From the human T2T-CHM13v2.0 reference genome, Homo sapiens, in NCBI RefSeq assembly GCF_009914755.1, contig NC_060933.1: a stretch of 64,000 nt of DNA; one strand, 5' to 3'. The notes beneath the pieces were generated by a model, which did no database searches, was not told where the DNA came from, and saw only the letters and a program-made list of their open reading frames with translations. Both the position numbers and the translations under genes were made by a program. Shown in pieces: positions 53,863 through 64,000 of this stretch; position 1 is the stretch's first letter, and each line of letters opens with the position of its first letter.

Positions 53863-55929
53863 GTGAGTCCTTTCCTCTGGATTTGAGGAGAGAGATCTTC
53901 GACCTGGTGCTTGAGGGGAGACACTGGGCTGGGATCTAGACCAGTGTTCTGATGCCAGCCTCCATACCCACTCATGCCGAAGTCCTGGGCAAGGCCAGAG
54001 TAGCGGTTTTTTGCTAGGTAGAATGGGACTAGCCATTCCTGCCCCTGCCTCTCTCACCTCTGTGTTAAAGAGCAGTGGACAGGAAAGTGCTTAGAACAGA
54101 CCCTTGAGATTTTCTGTGCAGGACCTCCTGAACTGCAGGAATCTCAGTGGGGGTGTGGCCGGGCAACTGTGCATCACCCTGTTTACTGGTTAATAGCCCT
54201 TCCTCTAGAGATCGCCCTGATTCCTGTACCTGCCTCTTGCTTCCACGTTTTCCAGGAAGTACCACCAACGACCCCTTGTACAGGGTCTTGTCAGTGTTTC
54301 AAAAGGCCTGAAGGTATTTGTACCTTTACCTGGGCCAGATAATACAGGCTAAAACAAACATCCAGTGTCTGGGTTTCAGGCTGGAATGATACCCACTCAG
54401 TGTGGTTGAGATTCCTGGTTATCTCAGTCTGATCAGAAGCTTAGATAGGCAGTGCTGTGCCTTTGCTGAGCAACATCTGGCAAGTAACTTATTACTTGAT
54501 TTGGTTTGGTAGATAAAATATCATTAAGGCTGGGGTTTAACCCAAGAGATCCTTGAAGATGAAAAAGTTGAGAGCCACTGAGCTATACAAATACTTTTCA
54601 ATTTTCGGTGAATTTTCTATTCACTGCAGGGCGGTGTCTGTTCAAGCAAGGATGCATTAGACACATTCCTGCCTCTGCCTTCGCTTAAGTTTGTCTCATG
54701 CAACAGTCCAGGGAACCTGTTTTGTGGGAGGTGGGACATGGTCTATATTGGCTGGCCAAGAGGAACACACCCCTTTGAGAAGGAACTGTACACAGTTTGT
54801 GATTGAAAATCATTCTTTCAGTTCCTGGCTAAGAAGTGCAAGGCCTAGAGAGAGTTTTTGAACAGCCCCCTGGAGGAGAAGACAGTTGATGAGAAGTTAG
54901 CTTTAGCGGAGGGCAGAGAGTTCCAAAGAGGCAGTGGACATTGCTGGGGCTCAGCTGGGGAACTGGGCTGCCTGAAATACAGACCTGAGGGCCAAGAGGG
55001 CATTGGATGTCCTCCCCTGTGTCAGGCACATTCCCCCGGAGCACAGGAAGTGGCTGATGGAATCACTTCAGTGCTGGAGGGTGTTTAGTTCCACAGAGCC
55101 AAGCAAGCAGAGAGGAGAAGCCATGACCAGGCTAGGCTCTTCCTCCAGCCTCACCACACTGGGTTCTGATTCTCTGGGGCAGTTCCTGAAAGGAGGCTCC
55201 AGGTTCTTTAATGCCAATAGAGCTTCCTTCCAGGTTGGGTTAGTTTTTTCCCAGAGAAAAGGACTTCTGCTCCATTAGTTTCCTGGGATCTGTGACGTGC
55301 TGGCTTCCAGAGATTGTGAAGGGATATTGATTTGCGGCTTTTTGTTTCAGTAAAGTGCCAGGTGATCTGATCTCCAGGGGCTGTGGGATTGAGCTTACAG
55401 GCAGCTAGAAGCCTCTCTCTTCTCTTAATGGGTTGCTATTTAGAAGAAGTACTATAATTCAGGGAAGACAAGATGCCTTCTTGCTCTGTAGCCTGGACCA
55501 CTCTTAACATGGGTGGTTTTGGATCCTATCAAGAGCCTGAAACTCACATCTTAGTTGGAACTTCTGACAAGTGATTTCTCTTCATTGCCTGACATGCAGG
55601 TGGCATCCAGAGAAGAAAAAGAGAGTCAGGATTTGGAGAAGTTTTTTGACTCTGTATTGAGAAAGGCCCAATTGCCTGGGTGATGGCAGCTCTGATTGTT
55701 CTCTAGCTGCAAGATCCTGGGTGGTGTTATCCGAAAGTAGTCCTGGGCTCTGGGTCTCTATTGCCTGGACAGGTGTGTTTCTCAGTTCCTGCAAATACAC
55801 TGGACAGATGCAGCCCACAATTGGCTTCAGAACACAGAAGGCTCTGAAGTCAGTTGGGTCCATGGGCACATTGGTCAGGGACTATTCTCTAACCTAGAAT
55901 CTGATGTTGGCTCCATTAATTTAAGAGTC

Positions 55930-56140
55930 TTGGAGTTAGGAAAACCTAGATTTGAATCTTGGCTCTGCCATTTTCTGAGTGATCTGGGGCCAGTTACAAA
56001 CTCATCTCTGAAATGGGGCTGGTTCTACCCTGCAGGGTTGTGGTAATGATTAAATGAGATTCAATAAGACTTGCATCCAAAGCACTTAGCACAGAGCCTG
56101 GCACACAGTGAGCGCTCAATAAATGGTAGCTATTGTTATT
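55930..56140 (+). mobile_element. MIR
   Basis: ggagttaggaaaacctagatttgaatcttggctctgcca...gattaaatgagat...aaagcacttagcacagagcctggcacacagtgagcgctcaataaat. Confidence 0.8.
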
Positions 56141-57496
56141 GTCAGTTTCAAAACAAGGGGAAGGGCTCTTCATATTCATTTACTCTCCATTAGAGAAATC
56201 ACAAATGATTTATTGGTCTTTTAAGAAGAAAGCTAAGAGGAATAGCTCATATTCTTTGTAATGTGCATATACAGTTATACAAATATGGTAAGATCACAGA
56301 CTCTGGAGGAGGCAGAAGACAAACAGTGAATCTCTCCTCTCCCGAGACCTCCTGGGGCCAGTGACATAACCTCTCTGAGCCTTAGTTTTCTCATCTGAAA
56401 AATGGTAGCAGCTGCTTTCCTTCCTACCTATGTCATAGGGTCATTAGGAGAACTGAATTAAATGACAGAATTTTTATCAAAGCAAATGAACCAACTTAAT
56501 TTATGGCTGAAGAGGTTTTGTTTTTTACAAAGATACAGTTAATTCAGGAGCAAGGAGGTAAGGCAAGAGCGGGATTTTAAAGAGGCCAAGAGGAGCTGGG
56601 TGTCTGGTTGGATTTCAGGATGCCCATGTTTAAATGCACAGGTCTGTGCCCAGTGCTTCTGGGCCAGGGCCAGTGCATCTGAAAGGTCTGTGCTTGGCTG
56701 ACCACCCCATAGTCAGGAGGCACCGTCTGAGTGAGTTATGTGAGGAAGCCTTCAGGGTGGCTTATGGCCTTGACCACAGAGCCTGCTATTGAGGGCACAG
56801 TGGGCATCAGTGTTGGGACTGACGAGTTGGATCACACCCTGGATTAAAAGAGATGGTTTACCTGTGAGGGAAGCCAGGAAGGTAATGAGTGTCCCCAATT
56901 TAGACAGATTTAGGCAGATGGGAATTCAGCCTCCCTGGAGGGAGCTGGCTTAGTGCTCTCTCTCTTGGCTTGGCCAAGAGAGAGAGAGACCAAAGCTTAG
57001 GTCTCCCGAAAATGTTTGCCCATCTAAGCCAGCCAGCTCTGCCCCCTGCCTTGGAAGCCTTCTGGGTCCTCTAGTATTACAGCTTCAAGCTCTGAGAGCC
57101 AGAGACCCAGCCCTACACTCTGCTGTTGAGACAGGCAATACGGTCACCATCTCAGGTGAAGAAATAATGGCTTTCCAAAGGAGATTCCCATGGGGCAGGG
57201 CAGCAGAGGGTGGTTCTTGTGGTGTCAGCAAAACAGGCATAATCATGGCTATTACCTTGCAGTGTCGTTGGAAGAAATGTCGAGGTATCACTGGTAAGGG
57301 GCTTAGCACTGTGCAGGGCATGGGATTTGAGGGGGCTGCCTCAGTATTGAGGGTAGGTGGCTCTCTCACTGTGAGAGGCCCTCCCAGGATGGGGGGAGCT
57401 CTTTCATACTTTTGTAGGGAGGGGGACACCATCCTGGAGCTTAGAGCAGTGGACAGTTATACAAAAAGCTGCCAGCGAACTCTGCAGCTGCTCTGA

Positions 57497-58141
<645 letters not shown>

Positions 58142-58952
58142 TAAAATTGATAATCAGACAAAAGGAATTATTAGTAAGGCAGAATTCCTGCTTCAGAACA
58201 GAAAGAAAAGAGGACATGGAGGCCCAGGGAGATTAAGGAATCTGCTGAAGCCCACCCAACTGGGTAGAAGCAGGGCTGGGAGGCTCGGGCCAGGGCCAGG
58301 GCCAGCTTCATGGAGTGATGGCCTTTCCAAGCTGGAAGGGACCACAGTTCCTGCCTCACCCCCCACCTTTACATGGGAACACTGGAGACAGGGAGCAGAG
58401 GGCCTTCTGGTCAGCATCTGCCTCACCCGGCTTCTCCCTGGGAAATCTTGGGGTCTTTTGCTGGCCATATCCTTCCCCTGCCATGGGCTAGAGGACTCTG
58501 GGCAGCGGAGGGAAGCTGTTGTTAAGTAGAAGCTCCAGGAGTGCCTCAGCGCACCACCCAGTTCCCTGAAACCAGCAGGCAGGGCTTTCTTTCCTCTTTC
58601 CCCAGATGCTCTTAGGAAGATCAACTTCTGAGCACTTTTGGGCCTGAGAGGAATGGCTGGCACTCAGCATGGGAAGTGCCCCCACTCTGAAGGGTGGCAT
58701 TCCTGAGGGTTGGGTTGGATGCAGGGTAGAAGAAGTCCCTAGATATTATCAGCTGATGTGATAGTCCACCCCAGCTCAAGGCCTGCTTTCGCTGCTTCTG
58801 GAACAGCTTCTCCCAAACATTGTTTTTGCTGGCCCCTTCTTACCGTTCATGCCTTAGCTTGTGTGTTGCCCTTTCTAAGAGGCCTTTTCTGATCACCTCA
58901 AGTATGACCTCTCCCTTTATGACCTTGGTGACATTTTCACAAGTTGTAATTA

Positions 58953-59590
58953 CAGTTGTCCCTCAGTATCCACCAAGGATTTGTTCCAGGACCCCACAGA
59001 TACCAAAGTCCAAAGATGCTCAAGTCCTTGACACAAAATGGGGTAGTATTTAATATAACCTATACACATCCTTCCATGTACTTTAAATCATCTTTAGATT
59101 ACTTATAATATCTAATACAATGTAAGTTCTGTATAAATAGTTGTTAAACTGTATTGTTTAGGGAATAATGGCAGGAAAAGAAATCTGTACATATGTAGTA
59201 CAGATGAATTTTTTTTTTTTTTTTTTTTGAGACAAGGTCTGCCCTGTCGCCCAGGCTGGAGTGCAGTGGCACAATCATTGCTTACTGTAGCCTCAAGCTC
59301 CTGGGCTTCAGCAATCCTCCCACCTTATCCTCCCAAGTAGCTGGGACTACAAGCGCACACCACCACACCCAATTAATTTTTTTTTAAAACTTTTGGTAGA
59401 GACTGGGTCTCACTGTGTTTCCCAGGCTTGTCTGGAACTCCTGGGCGCAAATGATCCTCCTGCCTTGGCCTCCCAAAATGCTGGTTTACAGATGGGAGCC
59501 ACTGTGACCAGCCTAAAATATTTTTTCAAATATTTTCCATCCTCTGTTGGTGGACTCCATGGTTGTAGAAACCATGGATAGGGAGGGCTG
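58953..59590 (+). mobile_element. MER2 (Tigger-family) DNA transposon interrupted by an AluJ
   Basis: TA|cagttgtccctcagtatcc...gatgctcaagtcc...ttaaatcatctttagattacttataata...ggatagggagggctg|TA: terminal inverted repeats and TA target duplication. Confidence 0.88.
59209..59513 (-). mobile_element. AluJ-like nested in MER2
   Basis: antisense dimer. Confidence 0.85.
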
Positions 59591-59743
59591 TATATTATTT
59601 CTTTAATTGTTTATTTGTATAAATAACAAATATTATTGTCTTTGCCCCTAACCTGAGAGCATGGGCTTAGTCTGTCTCATTTACCTCTTTATTTCCAATG
59701 CCTAGGACTGTCTCTGACACAGAGCAGGTGCTCAATAAATAGT

Positions 59744-60066
59744 TATTTTATTTTGTTTTTTTTTCGAGGCTGAGTCTTGCTTTGTCACCCAGGCTGAGTC
59801 TGGCTTTGTCACCCAGGCTGGGGTACAGTGGTGCGATCCTGGCTCACTGCAACCTCTGCCTGCCAGGTTCAAGTGATTCTCCTGCCTCGGCCTCCTGAGC
59901 AGCTGGGATTACAGGCACATGCCACCACGCTGGCTAATTTTTGTATTTTTAGTAGAGATGGGGTTTCAGCATGTTGGCCAGGCTGTTCTCGAACACCTGA
60001 CCTCATGATCCACCCGCCTCGGCCTCCCAAAGTGCTGGGATTATAGGCATAAGCCACTGCGCCCAG
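59744..60066 (-). mobile_element. AluS with internal 24-bp tandem duplication
   Basis: aggctgagtct(t/g)gctttgtcaccc twice at 59767-59814; TSD tcaataaatagttatt. Confidence 0.88.
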
Positions 60067-61393
60067 TCAATAAATAGTTATTAAACAAATGAATTACTGA
60101 ATAGTAATACTAGTGACTGTTTGTTGAGGCCTGATTGTTGTCCTCCTTGCTTGCCCTCCTAGTAGCTCTGAAAGCCAGGTGATGCCATTATATCCCCATT
60201 TCACAGGCAGCTTGGTACTTTCCTGAGGTTGACAGCTGGGAAGTGGCACAGCTGGGATTCAAACCAGGCCTGTCCAACTGCAAAATGAGAAAGGGCTGGA
60301 TAGAAACACTGTCTTTTTTTTTTCTGTTCCAAGGGATCAGCTGATGCTCTTAGCTCCCTGGCTGAGTTCATCTAATCGCAGCCCTTTGGGGTTATAATCA
60401 AATTCTAGTGGAGGCAGACAGAGCTTGTACTCCCCTGATGAGAGTACCCGGTTGTGGGTGGCAACCCTGGGCATGTACCACCATCCCTACCCCGCCCCTA
60501 GCACACTCTGCTTTAGGGGTGGCTCTCTGGGTCCTTGAAGCTCCCTGGTGCTTGTGCCAAAGCTGACCTGGATTTGACCTTATCCCAGAAGTCCTTCCTG
60601 GCAACCAGAGCTTACCAAGGCCATTGCTTGCTAAGCACTATATGAGGCCTAGATGAAAAAGGCCTTTCTAGGAGGGGTTTGTAGTTTAGTTGGGGAGACG
60701 AGACTGTAGTACTTAACAAGGTTGAATAGCGAAGCGGGACCTAAATGTCAGCAGTGCCTGGGATGTTGCTGCCCTCGAGTGAGCTGAACAGTCACAGATT
60801 AGACCAAGATCATGTGCTGGGCAGTGGGGCTGCAGAGGGCCACATGACTCTGCCCGTCAAAGACTTTCCAAAGGACCCTGAGTTGCTGTTTGGGTTCTGT
60901 TGGTATGCCCGTCCAACCACCCGTTCAGCCTTGGCCTTGGGATCAGAGAAGAGCGCTGTGAGGAAGATGGGTTCTGTGAGCCAGGGGAGGTGGGGAGGGT
61001 TCCTGGCTCCACAGAGAATCAGCCTGAGGCCCTGGCCCTCTGGGCTTCCCACGTGCTCCCTCAGCTGCTGCTTTGTGCTGCCTGCCCCTGGGGGTGACCT
61101 CATCGGCTCTGTCCTGCTCTCCACAGGCCTCTGCTGTGTTGGGAGCCACTGCCTTCCTCCCCTCCCCCAACCTGTGGGCCCACAGCTCGCCAGCTGGCCC
61201 TTGAACCCACTTCCCTGCGCCTCTGGCTGCCTCAATGTCACTGGGGATTAGTGTGCATTTGCGGCTTTTGGCGGACACTCCCCTCCTGGCTGCAGCCTCA
61301 CCCTCTGGAGCCCAGGGATGGGCTTGGGCCTGGGAGCCCCCTGAACCAGGGAGCAGCCCTGACCGTCCGTTTCTCTATTTTCCCTGACGTCAG

Positions 61394-61516
61394 AAGGCAG
61401 AGTGCTTATTCACTTTGGAAGCGCACTCGCAGGAGCAGAAGAAGAGAGTGTGCTGGTGCCTGTCGGAGAACATCGCCAAGCAGCAACAGCTGGCAGCATC
61501 ACCCCCGGACAGCAAG
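61394..61516 (+). CDS. RGS3: RGS3 PH-like end exon (KAECLFTLEAHSQEQKKRVCWCLSENIAKQQQLAASPPDSK), phase 0-0
   Basis: acceptor ttttccctgacgtcag|AAG, donor AAG|gtaagg, 123 nt. Confidence 0.96.
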
Positions 61517-63924
61517 GTAAGGGCCTTGACAGTGGCTGTGGCCTGGCTGCCTCGTTTCCCCTCAGCCAGCCTAGACCCTTGAGCCTCTGCATTGAGCTGG
61601 GGGCCAGCCTGAGCTTCCAACTTGGCTCTGGGCAATGAGCTCTTGGCAAGCGGGGACCTGTGCCCGAATGTCTCTCCCCCTTGGCATGTCATTGGGTCTG
61701 CTGAGTGGGTCTGACAGTGCTCGTGTAGAGCGACAGAGCCAAATTAAGCGTGGCCCATCAGTTCTGCACTCTGTTCTTCGGTTTGCCTATGGCAAGGTTT
61801 AATTCGGGCTGGCCTCCCTGATGCTGCCTGGCATGCGTTCACCTCTGCCATTGGGTAGCCTGTGCCTGGGGGCAGCACACTGGTGTTTAACATTGGCCCC
61901 AGGCGGATGCGATAGAGGGGATGTTTGCGGCAGAAGCTGTTGTATGCTGTATAGTTCCATGTGGGCCAGAGCCAAGTAGAGCTGAGTGTGGACTGCTGGG
62001 GTCTGGGGACTGGCTGGCAGGAGCACCGGGGAAGATTAGAGACTCCCAGGGGAGGCTGTTCTGGGCTGGGCACTGCTCAGCCCATCCAGTGCCTGGGGAG
62101 AGGGGATGGGATAGGAGCTGGACCACACAGCCTTCCCCTTTGACACTCCGATGCCAGCCACAAAGTACAGTTATATTACCCCATTTGTGAGTCATTCAGG
62201 TCCCTTCTTTTGCTAAAAGTGCTGGCCATTTGGGAATTGGGTCTGGTTGGCTGCAAAAGTTGCTGAGGTGGTTGCTCTGCTGGATCTGGGCGAAGAGGAG
62301 AGATGAAAGAAAGCTGCAGCCTGTAACTTGCTGGCCTTTTCACTTCTCCCTGGTGCAGTCAGTCCCCTATGCCATGGGCAGCAGGCCTATGCAGGGGGCA
62401 GTTGGGGGGCAGGCCTGCTGAAGCAGGAGGTAGGGAAGAGGCAGTTGGCAGCCTCTTCTGAGGGCCAGAGGTGGACAGCAGCTCCCCAGCTATTCCCGAA
62501 AGGAGTGAGGATCTGAGAATTACATCATCTTAGCTGTGAACGTTCTCTTGTTTTACACTAGCTAGTGGCAAGAATAACTTGGATGAGGGAAGACAGTAGG
62601 AAAAGCACGGACTTCTGAGCCACCCTCTACCACCAACTGGCAGTGGGAACTTGGGCAAGTCACTTTGCTGCTCTGTACTTTGATGTCCCCATCAGTAACC
62701 TGGGACAATAGTCCTTCCCTCAAAGGGTTGTTGTGAGAATGAAATGAGAGGGTGCATATACGGGCTATAGCACAGTGCCTGGTATGCAGTAGGCACTCAC
62801 TCAACCATAGCTGTGGGGAATGCATTGCCCCCTGCCCAGCCCCAGGTGGTTTGTTGCAGCACTGGCTGGTTGCCACTGTCAGGTTCTTCTACTGAGCAGA
62901 GACCTGTCCCCATGCCTATAGGCTGCCCTGCCCCACTGATCCTGGGTTGGTCACAGTCAGAATCCAGGCCGCTTCCTCTTCATTGGGGTGGCCTCTGGGA
63001 CGTCGAATGGCTGAACCTATGCCCCAGTTTTTTTTCCTTTGGGCTTGTGCCTCCTTTTCTGGGGGAAAGAGCTCTTTGTGCCTCGCTCTCAGAGTTTGCT
63101 GACTCTGGAGTGTGTTAGCAGCAGCCTTCTCAATACCTTGGAGAATCTCTCCATCTTCAGGTTTGGGAGGCCAGAGGGTGACTGAAGGCAGGCTGTTTCT
63201 GAGGCAGGTTGTGGTCCCTGTAGGGCTTTGGGCTTGGCTGGCTGACCCTGGAACGGCCCAAGGGTTTGAGGCCTGGCTTCAGGGCCACACTAGAATGTAT
63301 GGGAATCCTGAGCAGAGCAGTTTGGACACCTCTTCAAATCCAAACTCTTCAAACGCGTGTTCCATGGAGAAGCTGTGTGCTGGACAGGAGAAGGATGAAG
63401 GAGGGGGCCCAAGTGCTGGGACAGCCTCAGAATTACCTCCCGGGCCTAAGAACTGGGCCTGGAGCCACACTGGCATACCCCACTTGGGCCACCCTCCTAA
63501 GAAGGCCATGATGTAGCTGTCTTTTGTCAGGCTGGCCCTAGAGGTCTCACTGCTCAAAATTCCCCATCCCTATCACCACCATGCACATGCAAAGAGTCTT
63601 AGCAACTTACTCCTTCTAGACACTTATGGAATGCTCCCTGAGAGGAATTCCAGTAAATAGATTCTCTCCAGCCCTAGGTAGTTCTAGCAATGCTTTAGCA
63701 ACCTCACTGACAGGGCCCGCCTGGCTTTCCAGCTGGTCCACAGCATTGTCCACTTGCGCTCAGTTCCGTCAGTTCCTGGCAGCCTCGGGGTGACCAGGAA
63801 CCTCTTTACCAAGGGCTGGCCACTAAGGTCTCCATCTCTAGGGCAGAAGAGGAAGGGCCAAACGGAGCCCGGAGGCTGGCTGCTTGCTCTTCAGGTATAA
63901 GGGTCCTGCTGGACCGATTTGCTC

Positions 63925-64000
63925 TGAGATGGAGTGTCGCTCTGTCACCCAGGCTGGGGTGCAGTGGTGCGATCTCAGCTCGCTGCAGCCTCTGCCTCCT
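63925..64000 (-). mobile_element. Alu 3' end without poly(A) tail, running off the window
   Basis: tgagatggagtgtcgctctgtcacccaggctggggtgcagtggtgcgatctcagctc. Confidence 0.8.

Overview
This is human genomic DNA (it carries a human-specific AluYb8). The whole window lies inside the + strand RGS3 gene, which I place at 9q32 from prior knowledge. I reconstructed 17 GT-AG coding exons by hand and checked splice phases. Seven exons (4090-22680) encode the C2 domain and linker of the long C2-PDZ isoforms. An internal TATA/GC-box promoter drives the alternative first coding exon of PDZ-RGS3 (ATG 26177, MNRFNGLCKVCSERRYRQ). Nine shared exons (30042-61516) encode the PDZ domain, a linker and a PH-like domain. 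The 5' end of the gene and the RGS domain lie outside the window. Introns are rich in Alu, MIR, L2, L1 and MER elements, and essentially every ORF in the supplied track is Alu-derived, exon read-through or chance. I see no evidence of a wholly new gene or system. The most interesting unexplained structures are: (1) a clean, stop-free, phase 0-0 66-nt candidate cassette exon at 24579-24644 between the C2 and PDZ exons; (2) a uORF whose stop overlaps the PDZ-RGS3 start (ATGA); (3) a candidate intronic poly(A) site giving a C2-only protein; (4) a 51-bp templated insertion inside an Alu, copied from 1.3 kb upstream; (5) a 152-bp inverted duplication enclosing inverted Alus; (6) a palindromic 41-bp AT-rich minisatellite beside two Alus that share one target site; (7) a pristine AluYb8. 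Repeat boundaries and subfamily calls are approximate and made by eye.
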